Below are positions 10,831 through 23,439 of a DNA stretch of 64,000 bases, one piece after another. The notes beneath the pieces were generated by a model. The model did no database searches, had not been told where the DNA came from, and saw nothing but the letters and a program-made list of their open reading frames with translations. Origin of the DNA: Geosiphon pyriformis uo1 (Eukaryota > Fungi > Glomeromycota); assembly GCA_016748015.1 (NCBI GenBank), contig JAAOMT010000778.1:66945-130944 (forward strand). The letters run 5' to 3'. Position numbers and translations under genes: made by a program. Positions within the stretch are counted from its first letter, which is position 1, and each line of letters begins with the position of its first letter.

Positions 10831-13800
10831 ATGATTTAGTATGGAAAATAGCCACATGTAATGTCAGGGGAATGAACAATTCAGCAAAGCAAGAGGACAT
10901 TATACGTTGGCACAGAGATTTAAATAATTTAGTTTCGATTGTTACTGAAACAAAGTTGAAAGATAAGGTTCGGCCTTGGATTACTACCAAATTTGATGGT
11001 GTTTGGGTCTTCACTTCTGGTTTGGATTCTGGTTATCTTGGTTCTGGTGTGGCAATTGTCATGAACAATTCTTTGGCAAGGCACATTTTCAAGGTTTCTG
11101 AGGTGCCCGGTTGGCTCCTCTCTATTAGACTTCTCTTCAAAAATAAACTTTCGGTTTCTGTTTTGGGTCTCTACACTGGTGCCTCTTCAGGTGTCCAATT
11201 CTCACAGGCTGGCAACATCAATTCTTTGATTGCTAAGACGGTAAATGAATTGTCTTTTGTGGTCTTGGGTGGCGACTTCAATGAAGATGGCATTTGTAAG
11301 AGTGCCAGTTTCAAAAAGTGTTTTGATCTGGGTCTGGTTAATGTCTTGGCTGGAAGTGTGCTTGTAAAGACGCTGACATGGGGTAACTCTCATGGTGTTG
11401 TCAAGACCATTGACTATATGTTCGTCTCTTCGAGCTTGATTAATACTGTGGTGGATCGTGGTGTGACTGATGTTTAGGACTTTTTTGATACTAATCATAA
11501 GGCTGTTTCTGTTTCTGTGGGCTTGGGTGACTTGCTTGACTCTCAGCTGAATTCAATGCGCAAGCAGGCTAATAAAGATTGTTGGAAGTTCGATTTCAGA
11601 AATGCTGGTGAGAAAGGGTGGAACAATTTTAAGGATGTTACATTGGCCAATGGCCTAACGTTCTCGAGTGATTTTGCTGCTTCTGCGGAATCTTCAGATT
11701 TGGATGCTATGTGGGACATTGTACGCAAAGTAATGGTTCTTTCAGCAGTTGGAACATTCAAAAAAAAATGGTTTAAGGGTTATGATGAGGTTTTTACCAA
11801 GAGTTCTTCTAGGTTTCACAAGCTTGAGTTGTTGGTATCCAAACTGGTCAAGACATCTCATTTGTTGTCTAGTGTAGAATTTGCATCATTGTTGAATACA
11901 TGGGAGAAGCTCAATGTCAATGATGCTTCGGTGGTGAAGTCTTTATTTCTTTCAAGTTCCAGTTTTGACAGGATTCGCTCAGCTCTGGCTAAGATAAGGA
12001 AATCTTACCACTTTGCTAAGTTGGTGGAATCCAAATGCACTGAGGAATCCCATATTAGGGCGGCTATTGATAGAAGGATGAAAAGTTTTGAATCAGACAA
12101 GGGTCACACTATCAGGAATGTTTTGGAGCATTCCTTTTGCAAAGTGGTACTGGATCATCTGGTTGTGGGTGACAAGTTGATTTTGGAGCCCAGCTTGGTC
12201 AAGACTAGGGTGGATGGAATCATGGAAGACTGGACCAGGAAGCGCAAGGTGGTGCCAGATATCTCTAATATTTGGTCTTGCCAGTATATGCCTTTGGAAC
12301 ATGTTTTTGATGATGCATTTTCTGGTGTGATGAGTCCTGTTGGTTTCAATGAGTTGTTCAGTGTGGTTTCTGGTCTGCCTGAGAACAAGGCTGCTGGTCT
12401 CTCTGGGATTTCGAACAAGCTCTGAAAACACTGTGACAAATCAATTTTGGACATGCTTTTGGTACTTTTAAATTCTTGTTTGATTCATGAATCAATACTT
12501 AGTGCTTGGAAGGAAGCCTGGGTCTCAATGATCCCTAAGCCATATGAGTGGGAAGGAGTTCTTATGAACACCTGACCTATTGCCTTGATTGAGACTGCCC
12601 ACAAGATTCTTTCCAAGATTCTTTCAGATAGGATCTCGTTGGCTTGTAGTACTTTTGACGTTCTGTGTGGGGACAATTTTTCGGTCTTAAAGGGTATGAC
12701 AACACAGTCTCCCATTTTTGCCATTGGTTCAGTTATTGAAGATGCTTTGGAGAAGAATTGTGAGCTCTGGTTGGTCTTGCAAGACATGCGGAAGGCTTAT
12801 GATTCTGTTGGGTGGGAACACCTTTGGAACAGTTTGGTTAGGATAAAGATGTGTCACAGGTTCATTAGGTTCTTTGGCGGCATCCACAATGGTCGTGTTA
12901 ACAGAGTTATGACAGATTTTGGTTTGACGGATGGGTACAAGGTGCATGATGGCTTGGATTAGGAGGAGGTGTTCTCACTGCTCCTCTGGCACATATTTTA
13001 TGATCCTCTTTTGTGTGAAGTTAAGAAACAGGCGGATGGGTGTGGTTATAGACTGAATTCTCATTTTATTTCTGGATGTGGTCGTGCTGAGTCTCGGACC
13101 AGTATATCCTCATTTTTTGCAGCGGGTGCCTTTGTTGATGATACTATCTGGGTTGGCAGCAGTTAAAGTGCCACACAACACATTCTCAATGTTGCTAGTG
13201 AATTTTTCAGTATCAATGACATCTTAATTAATAATGATAAGACTGTTGCCATTCCCATTAATTGTGATGGTACGACTTCCTCTTTGCTGATCAGTGGGTC
13301 ACCTATTTCTATCACCAAGAAGGGAAAATTACATTGCTATTTGGGGATCTATTTGTCAACTGAGGGTCTTTCGAAGCCTAGCTTGGCTAAGGCGCATTCT
13401 GATGTCCGGTTTTTTTCTAATTTAGTCCTGAGAAAGACAGTATCTGATAAGCAATTTTCATATTTGGTTTTGGCGGTCCTCTTTCCTATCATTGGATATA
13501 GGACACAGTTCAGTTATGCTCCTATTAGTGCTTGTGAAAAGTGTGACACTTTGATTTGTAAAGGCTTGAGATCTAAGTCTGGTTTGCCACATGATTTTTC
13601 CAATGATGCAATTCATCATCCCTCTCTGTATGGTTTGAAAACTTTTGAACAGGTTCAAGCTGAAAGCAAGATGGCTTCAGTCATTTCCTTCGCAAACTCT
13701 GTTGGAATTTTGGGGTGTCTATTTTCTCACCAGTCACATGATTTTCAGGTCTTCTGCTGGTGCCCGCTATATCCTTTGCAGTGTCCAGTTTGTGTCAAGG

Positions 13801-15515
13801 TCAATCCTCTAAACAATTTTTTGGCAGGTGTGGTGCATATTTTCTCTAGGTGTGATTTGTCATTGGGTGGCTTTCTGCCTAGTGCTTTTCATCATCAGGA
13901 TGGAACTCCTATGTCTCTTGTTCTTGGTGAATCAAATTATGTCAAGAGTGTCTCGTCACTTTGGCATTATGGAATTGCTTTCGTAGACCAGCTATGAGAC
14001 CAAAATGGGGCTGTTTTTGAGTGGAAGATCTTCAAACGGTGAAAACGGTTAGACCCACATGGTCCAGTTCCTGTCTGGTTTGAGCTGTCAGTTCATTTTC
14101 TTGGTGGCGTGTCTTTTCTTTCTGTTTACTCCACACTTTTGGCTGATTGCGGCTCTTCGGATGTTCTTTGGTCTCATAAGTTTGGCATCATTGGTGCAGG
14201 TTTATTTAATTCTAATGTTGGTCATCTTTCTGTTTACACAAATGGATCTCTAAGTAATTTAGAGACTGTTGATATAAAAGCTGGGGCTGCTGTTTTCTTT
14301 GAGAACATTGGTATGAGTTTGGGTGTGGAGGTATCTGGTTTGATGTCTTCTACCTTGACGGAACTGCAGGCTATTGCTCTGGCACTTGAGTGTGTCCCTT
14401 CTTCTCACTCGGTTGACTTGTTCTCAGACAGTCAGGCTGCTTTGAATGCTTGCAAGTTGGAAATGGAATTGGTTTACCCAGATTTTAAGAATTGGTGTTG
14501 GATTGAACACTGCCATATTGTTAATGTCATTCGTCATAAGAATTTAAAAGTTAATTGGTGTAAGGTAAAAAGACACTCAGGGGTTTTAGGCAATAAATAA
14601 GCTAATAAGTTGGCCAGGGCTGCAGCTCTCTCTAGTTGGCATCTGCCTCATTCTGTCGATGAATGCTATCTTAGGGGTGGGGAAGCAGCCATTTCTGGTA
14701 ATTCTAGACATTTTGTTTGGGATATTTTTCAGTCAGTTCATCGTGCACATTGGGAAATCAGTTGTGGTATAAGGGTGGTAGTGGATAGTTTGTGCACAGA
14801 TATTGATTGGTTTAGGTCATCGCTGGTTTGGCACCCGGATTCTCACATGGCTGCTGGCTTCACTAGCAAGCGGACTGCTGGCTTCTGGACTTACTTTATA
14901 AAGGCATTGCACCATCGGCTCTCTGTCACCATGCATAAGCAGCTTTATAATAAGCGATACCCCAGTGTGACGTGTTTGTTTTGCAGTAATGTTGAGGTCT
15001 CAGACTATGTGTTTTCTTGTTTATTTGATGCCAATGGTCGTGCTCAATTGTTGAACACTCATGCAGCAGTTTGGGGTGTGTGCTCCAGTTTGGCTCATTC
15101 TTCCTCAGGTGTCTTGCAGCTGATGTCTACTTGTGTATTTGACATTTCAGTTAGTACTGCTCTATGCAAAGATTTTGTTTTCAAGGATTGGTTTTGTGAG
15201 TCTGTTTCTGTCTTCAAGGATTCCAGGATAGCAGGTCAGACCATTGTGGTCTTTATGTGTGAGTTTAGCTTGGCTTTTTGGGAAGACATTTGGTTGATTC
15301 ATGCCAAGCATCGTACTTTTATGGAAAAGAATGGGCTTATTCCATGTGATGGGTCAGTTCCTGTCTCAATTTCTGGGCTTTTTTTAGGGCTGTCATCTGG
15401 TGTGACTCAGCTGCTGGATGTTGCTGAGGCGATTGGTGTCGGTTTTGGATTCCATAAGTCTTGTTTGTTTTTTTCTGGCATAGGGAGTGAGGTTTCTGTT
15501 TATATAAGTACTTAG
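10827..15515 (+). pseudogene. LINE ORF2 (APE, RT, RNase H, CCHC); one frame with 8 in-frame stops
   Basis: APE: ATCNVRG, GGDFN, TIDYMF. RT: QDMRKAYDSV, AFVDDTIW. RNase H: VYTNGS, ELQAIALAL, SDSQAAL, VKRHSG. C-terminal CLFC..YVFSC. All fragments lie in the same frame. Confidence 0.93.
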
Positions 15516-16145
15516 TGTTGTCCTGATTGGTCCGAATAGCTGGTCATGTATGGATAATGCATGATTCACACCTAGTTTAGATCATTTATATGATGTATTG
15601 CACTAGGCAGTGTTTGGACTTCGCTCGTTAAATATTAATAAAAAAAATAAAATAAAATAAAAGTTTTTTTGAATTTGTCTTAAATACTTTTAAGACTAAT
15701 TAAGTTAATATTAATATAATAAATAATTTTCTTTTTGGATTTTTGAATTTTTAGCATAAATAAAAATTTTGATCTTTTTTTTTCTTTTTTATCTTAAAAC
15801 AAATATAGATATATATATTAAAAAGTTTTTATATTAAATATTAATTTTTTAGTTGTTAAAAAAATTTCTTAAAAAAAATTATAAATTATAAAATTTTTTT
15901 TTTCAAGTATAAATAATTTTGGAAAAATTTTTATTTCCTTAAAATTTGGCAGAATTATCTATGTAACTTTTACTTTAAAGAAAACTGTACTAAAAGTGTT
16001 AAATTTAATTAAAAACAATAAATATTAATTTTAAAAACCAGTAAACAATTATATAAATTAAATTATAGTTATTAAAAAAATTCTAATAAAAACATTAATA
16101 AAAACTATTATATTGTATTTTTTGGCAATATTAAAATAATTAAAA

Positions 16146-19100
16146 AAAAATATATATATATATATAAAAAATCTTTTTTCTTTCATACATCCCAAATTCC
16201 CCAAAAAACACAATTTTGAAAGAAGTTTTTTTGTTTTTTCTATCTGTTTTATTTCACTATTTCTTTTACACACAACCCATTTGTTGTGGATATGGAGGCT
16301 GTCTCTAGTGGCAGTTCATCAAGTTCGAAGGCTCCCTTAAATGCTTCTTTTGGTCCTGCTGATGGCTCTTTTTCACAAAAGAAAAGGGTTTCTCTTCGCA
16401 ATGTCAAACATTCTGGTGTTAAAAGTGGTGTTTTTTTGGCCAAACCTTATTCTGATGGGGGCATGTACTCTGATATGGAAAGTAATTCTAGTAATAGTAT
16501 TGTTGATGAAGTTCTGGTTAATAGTAGTAATAAGTCTTTTCTTGGTTCGGCGACTATAACTCTTAAGGCAAAAAGAGTTAAAAATAATTTGGCCTGTGGT
16601 GCCCCTCTTGGTTCTCTGAATTATAACATGGATGATGATGATAGTGGTTTTCTCCCTCCTCCTCTTGGTATTTTCTTGGAAAGAAAGTGGTTAGATTCCA
16701 AAATAATCAAAACTCAGGTGAAAGTTGCTGTGAAAAAATTTTTTGCTCTGAACATTAATCTTTCAGCTGTGGAAGGCAAATTGGCTACAGCCAAAACTCA
16801 AGTCATCAGAAAATTGTTTTCGAAAATCAATGGTTTTGGAGGGGCCACTATCCCTTCAAAATTTGAAGGGATCATCTGATCAACATTTACTTCGTCAGAA
16901 AGCATGGGAAAGACCACATCATTGGCCAGGGAAAATAACATCATAGTAAACAGTGATCTTAAGAGACAAGAAGTTCGCTCAGATCGGGCCGTAGTCATCA
17001 AAAAAATTCCCATGAATACACCAAAGGAAATGATCGTCGCTGTAGTGTCTGAATTTGGGGATATTAAATCAATCAAAATTCAGCTAATTGGAATGTGGCA
17101 GAAGGCTGTGGTGGAATTTGCCGAATTGGGACAGGCAGAGCAGTTGGCTTCAAAATAGTTTTTCTTAATTGGGAAAGACTCTGTACATGTGGCAAAAGCC
17201 ATGGGAGATTACGATATCTGGGCCTTTAGGGATCGTTTTAGGGTGCTTCTGTTTACATTGCTGGTGGGAACAACAGCACATGATCTTAGTAATCTTCTGA
17301 ATAAAACTAGTGGCAAAACTTGCATCATTAATTGTTTATTGGACACTGGCAATAGGGTTCGTTGTGCTGTGGTTGGCTTCGAATCTGAGAATGATCTGAA
17401 TTTTGCTTTTCTCACTAAGTCTGTTTTTGGTGGTGTTCGTCTTTCTTGGGCTAGGCTGGATTTGGTTCAGTGTGGGAAATATGGGCATCTTGGACATTCA
17501 GCTTTAGAGTGTGATGTATTAGATGTATCATCTTCTGATCTCTTGAATAATTTTAATAAAAGGTGTGCTCCTGGTGTAGATTGTCTTTAGTTGGCCAAGC
17601 TATATGCAAAGAAAAATGTTCCTATATCCTGCTCTGCTGCCTTTGGTAGCAAATTGTGGGCCCAGGTAGTCTCTCTTGCTTCCCTTTCTGGTGGCTCTCC
17701 TTCTGGTTCTGGTCTTGGTGCTGGTTCCTTTCACCATACGACTTCAGATTTGGGCGGTGGTCCTCCCTTTTCTACAATTGCTGACTCCTCTTTGAATGCT
17801 CGCTTGGCGTCTTTGGAATGCTCTCTCGAGTTGTTGGCTGACCAAGTGTCTGATATTTTGAGGAAATTGAGTTTTGTTGAATTGGTGCCTATGGTTTCAT
17901 CTTCTGGTGTCCCTCTTTTGGTTGGATCTGTGCCTTTGGCCCCTGGTTTGGATTCTGACATGGCTCTGGATAGTGAATTAGCATCATCCAATCCTCATTC
18001 TCCAAGTATTGATATGGGTGCTGGCTTTAATTTGAGTAGTTCAAAGATTCTAACTACCAAGGTGGGTGGTTTGGAGTCTAAAATGTTGGCTTTGAAAACT
18101 TCAGTCAGTTCTGTTTTGGTAAGATTGGATCTCTTGTGTGCTGGTTCGGGTTCCTCTTTATTGCCTTCATCCCAATAAGCAGTCTGGTTTGGAAATTTGC
18201 TATGTGTAATGTTCGGGGCATGAATGTTCCTGCAAAGCAGGATAATATAGTTCATTGGCACAAAGACATGGGCAATTTGGTTTCTATTTTTACTGAAATG
18301 AAGTTGAAGGATAAGGTTTGTCCCTGGATTATCAACAAGTTTGATGGTGTTTGGGTGTTTACCTCTGGTTTGGATTCTGGATATTTGGGTGCTGGTGTGG
18401 TGGTTGTCATGGACTCTTCTTTGGCAAGGCATGTGTGCAAGGTTTCTGAAGTGCCTGGCCAGCTTCTGTCTATTAAATTACTTTTTAAGAATAAGCTCTC
18501 AGTGTCAATTCTGAGGCTTTATGCTGGTGCTTCTTCGGCAGTATGGTTTTCTCAGGCTGATGAGATCAACTCTCTTATTGCAAGGGCTGTTAACGAATCT
18601 TCTTTCATCATTCTCAGAGGTGATTTTAATGAAGACAGTTCTCATAAAAGTGCAAGTTTCAAAAATTGCTTTGATTTGGGTCTGGTTAATTCTTTAGTTG
18701 GTAGCCCAGCTGTGAAAATGCCCACTTGAGAAAATTCTAGGGGTGTTAAAAAAACAATTGATTATGTGTTTGTTTCCCCGAATCTGGTCAATGCAATAGC
18801 AAATCGTGGGGTTTTAAATGTCAGTGAGCATTTTGACATGGACCATCAAGCTGTTTTAGTGTCTTTGGGTTTGGGTGGACTTTTGGATACGCACTTAAAT
18901 TCTCTTTGCATGCAAGTGAATAGGGATTGTTGGAAGTTTAACATCAAGAATACTGATAAAACTAGGTGGTTGGAGTTCAAAGATGCTTTGGCTGCTAATG
19001 TTTCTATGTTCTCGGATGCTTTTGGTGTGGCAGTGAGATTTTCAAATATGAATGCTATGTGGGACATTATTCGCAAGATCATGGTTCTTTCAGCAGGTGG

Positions 19101-22100
19101 TACATTTAGGAAAAAATGGTTCAAAGGTTTTGATGGTGTGTTTACCAAGACTTCCTCTAGGTTTCACAAGCTGGAGCTGCTGGTTTTTAAGTTGGTCAAG
19201 GCTTCACGTTTGGCTTCTAGTGATGGTTTTGCTTCTTTGTTGGAGGTTTGACACAGGCTCAACTTCTCTGGTGCATTGGTGGTTAAGTCTCTGTTTCTTT
19301 CAGGTTCTAATTTTGATCTTATTCATTCTGCGCTGGCCAAAGCAAGGAAATCATACTGCTCTTTCAAATTATTGGAATCCAAGCGCACTGAGGAATTCTT
19401 GATCAAGCAGGCTATTGGTAAAAGGATGGAAAGTTTTGAGCTGAACAAGAGACACACCATTAGGAGTATTTTGGAGTGTTCTTTTCACGAGGTGGTTCTG
19501 GATTATCTGGTTGTAGAAGATGAGTTAATTTTAGAGCCTGATTTGGTTAAGTCTAAGGTGGACAAAATTATGGAGGGTTGGACCAGAAAGCATGTGGTGA
19601 TATCTGACATCTCTGAGAATTGGGTCTGCCAATATCGGCTTCTGAATTACGTGTTTGATGGTGCTTTCTCTGATGTCATGTGTTCGATTAGTTTTGATGA
19701 ATTGTTGACTGTTGTCAAGGATCTTCTTGATGGAAAGACGGCTGGTCTTTCTGGTATCTCCAATGAATTGTGGAAACATTGTGACAAATCTGTTTTGGAT
19801 TTGCTTTTGGTGCTTTTGAATTCCTGTTTGGTTGGTGAATTGGTTCCTGGGCCATAGAGAGAAGCTTGGGTTTCGATGATTCCTAAACCATATGAATGGG
19901 AGGGAGTTCTTACAAACACCCATCCTATAGCTTTAATTGAAACGGCCTGCAAGATTCTTTCTAAGATCCTTTCAAATAGGATTTCATTGGCTTGCAGCAC
20001 TTTTGAGGTTCTTTGTGGAGACAATTTTTCTGTTTTGAAAGGTACGACAATGCAATCTCCCATTTTTGCTATCAGTTCTGTGGTTGAGAATGCCTTGAAG
20101 AAGAACTGTAAACTTTGGCTGGTTTTATAAGACATGCGTAAAGCTTATAACTCGGTTGGTTGGGAACATCTTAGGAGGAGTCTGGTCAGGATCAAGATGT
20201 GTGACAGATTTATTAAATTTTTTGGCAGTATTCACAATGGTCGTGTCAACAGAGTGATGACTGACTTTGGCTTGACTAATGGGTATTGTGTCTATGATGG
20301 GCTGGATCAGGAAGAAGTTTTCTCGCCTTTTCTCTGGCGTATTTTTTATGACTCACTTTTGTGCAAAGTCAAGAGACAGGAGAGTGTATGTGGTTACAGA
20401 TTGAATTCTCATTTTATTTCCAAAACTGGCCAAGTAGATCTTCAAGCTGGACTGACTTCATTTCTCACTGCTGGTGCTTTTGTCGATGATACTATTTGAG
20501 TTGGTAGCAGCCAGGCTGCTACTCAACACATTCTTAATGTTGCTAGTGAATTTTTCAGGTTCAATGACATTTCTGTAAATAACAACAAGATGGTTGCCAT
20601 CCCTATCAACTGCCAGGTGATGGACCCTTGTTTAACCATTAGTGGCTCACCTATTTCCATAACCAAGAAGAGGGAATCTCATTGCTATTTTGGTATCTTT
20701 TTGTCTTCTGAGGGTCTCTCAAAGTTTAGCTTGGCTAAAGCTCAGGCAGATGTGTGGTTTTTTGTGAATCTTGTTTTAAGGAAGGCGGTTTCGGACAAAC
20801 AGTGTGCATATTTGGTGTTTGCAGTTCTTTTTCCTATCATCAGCTACAGGACTCAGTTCAGTTTTGTTTCTGTTGGTGTTTGTAATAAATGGGATGCTCT
20901 GGTACACAAGATCTTGAAATCTAAGTCTGGGTTGCCACATGATTTCCCCAGTAATGCGCTTCATCACCTTCTTTGTACAATTTAAAGACCTTTGAACAGG
21001 TCCAGGCTGAGAGTAAATTGGCCTCCATTGTTGCTTTTGCGAATTCTACTGGTGTCTTGGGTCACTTGTTTTCTCATAGGTCTCATGACCTCCAGGCTCT
21101 CAGCTGGTGCTCTTGTTATCCCTTGCTGTTTCCAGCTTGTATTGGTATCAGTCCTTCGAATAATTTTTTGGCAGGTGTGGTTTGTATTTTTTCTGGGTAT
21201 GATTTGTCTTTGGGTGGCTCTCTGACTTGTGTTTTTTGCTATTGAGGTAGTACTCCTATGTCTCTGGTTCTCAGTAAACATTGTGTGTTTTTTCATTCAG
21301 GCATTATGGAATTGCTTTTGTGGAACAGCTTCGTGACCATAATAGAAACGTTTTCAGTTGGAGAACCTTCAAGTGTTGGAAGAGGCTGGACCCTCATGGC
21401 TCGGTCCCTTTGTGGTTTGATCTTTCCGTTCAATTTCTCAGTAGTGTTGTTCCTTCTTCTATTTGTCTCTCTTTTGTGAAGGATTGTGCTGGTTCTAATG
21501 TTCGTTTGTCTCATGGTTTTGGTGTGGTTTGTGACACTCTGCTGACCATCAATATTGCTCGCCTGTCTGTATATACAGATGGGTCTCTAAGTGGTCTGGG
21601 CACTGTTGACGTAAAAGCAGGTACTGCCATTTTCTTTGAGAACATTAATTCGGGTTTAGATGTTGGGATGTCTGGTTTGGTTTCTTCTACTTTAATGGAA
21701 TTGTAGGCAATTGCTTTGGCTCTTGAGTGTGTTCTCTCTTTTTGGTCGATTGACTTGTTTTTGGACACCCAAGCTGTTGTGGATGCATGCAAATCGGAGT
21801 CTTTGTTGGTTTATTCGGATTTTAGGAACCATTGTTGGATTGAGTGCCGTCATATTGCTAATGTCATTCATCGCAAGAATTTGAAAGTGAATTGGATTAA
21901 AGTTAGGGGTCATTCAGACATCTCAGACAATAAATGTGCTGATGCACTTGCTAAAAAAGCCACTTTTTCTGCTTGGTGCCTGTCTCATTTGGTCGGTGAA
22001 CGTTTTCTAAAGACAGGTGGTACCACGGTTTCTGGTAATTCTAGACACTTTGTTCGTGATGTTTTCTGTTCAGTTCATCACGCTTGCTGAGAGGTTGGGT

Positions 22101-22983
22101 CTGGATCTTGGGTTGTGACAGATGGTTTGCGTGCTGATGTTAATTGGTCCAAGTCTTCTCTGGTGTGGCACCCCAATTCTCACTTGGCTGCTGGTTCCAT
22201 TAGTGTGCATATAGCTGGCTTTTGGATCTACTTTATGAAGGCCCTTCATTGTCGGCTCCCAGTTGCTATGCGTAAGTGTTTGTATAATAGGGAGTACCCC
22301 AGTGTAGTGTGTATGTATTGTGGTGATGTTGAGATCTTGGATTATGTCTTTTCTTGTTCTCATGATGCCACTGGTCATGCCCAATTATTGGACATTTATG
22401 CTTCGGCTTGGAAGACTCTTTCTGGTTTGTCTCGGTCCTCTTTGTGTGTCTCACAGCTGTTGGCTACCTGTGTTTCTAATGTTGGGGTTGGTGCTGCTCT
22501 GTATAAGGACTTTATTTTCAACAATTGGTATCATGAGTTTGTCTCGGTTTTTAAGAATTCTAAGGTTGGGACTAGTAAAATTGTGAATTTTGTATGTGGG
22601 TTCTGTCTTGCGTTTTGGGATAACATTTGGTTGGTCTGTGCCAGGCACTGGGCATTTATGGAAAAGCATGGTTTAATTTCACATGACGGCTCCGTCCCCC
22701 CTTCAGTTTCTGGTTTGTCTATGGTTTTTTCAGCTGGTGTAATTAGATTGCTAGGTATGGCTGAGGCTTTTGGGGTTGGTTTTAGGTTTTGTAAGTTTTG
22801 TCCGTTTTTTTTAGGTATTGGGGATTTGGTTTCTGTGCATATAGGTGTATAGTGTAGTTCTGACTGGCCTGAGTGGCTGGTCACGTGTAGAAAGTGCATG
22901 ATTCACTCCTAGTTTAGATCATTTGTATAATGTATGGCACTAGGTCGCATTTGGACCTCACTTGTTAAATTAAATTAAATAAA
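16146..22983 (+). mobile_element. Full-length LINE copy 2 with 14-bp TSD TAAAATAATTAAAA
   Basis: It is colinear with copy 1 (ORF1 ~16286-18178, ORF2 ~18175-22852, with stops and frameshifts near 20.96-21.3 kb). The TSD is at 16132-16145 and 22984-22997. Confidence 0.92.
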
Positions 22984-23439
22984 TAAAATAATTAAAATTT
23001 AACTAATAAAAGTTAATAATTAAAATTAGATTAATATTTTGGCTTTTAAATAATTAATATTAAAAAAGTATTATAAAATATTAAAAATTTGTATAAAATT
23101 TTGCTTTATATTTTATTAATAAAAATAATTATATATAATTTGTAAAATTTTATAAATTTTATTGGTAAAAAAACTTGTATAATTAATTATTATTCTGTTA
23201 TATACATATAAATTAAATATGCTATTATTTGTTTTAATTTTAAAAACAGTATAATATTAGCTTTGGTTTCTATTTTAGTTTTAAAAATTTTAATCTAAAA
23301 AAATACAGTTAAATTTGTTTTTCTGTTTAATATGTAAAAATTTTGGTTATATTTTTTTTGTATATGTTTTTAATATATTATTGGTTTTTAAAATCAAATC
23401 TAATTTTTATTTTTTAAATACTATTACTTAAGTAGAAAA

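Larger units (their letters stand above)
8823..15660 (+). mobile_element. Full-length LINE copy 1 (among the least decayed)
   Basis: It has a pyrimidine-rich 5' end, ORF1, ORF2 with APE-RT-RNase H-CCHC, a structured 3' UTR and an A/TAAAA tail. Confidence 0.95.

Noticed and set aside
10827-22852. Stop-codon reassignment or readthrough explaining in-frame stops
   Set aside because: The stops fall at different positions in sister copies and map to W/Q/R codons, and both host genes terminate normally with TGA.
22855-22910. Hammerhead/HDV ribozyme or tRNA in the LINE 3' UTR
   Set aside because: There is no intact CUGANGA core, and the HDV topology could not be fitted. TGGCCYGAGTGG resembles a tRNA A box, but no B box or cloverleaf is evident.
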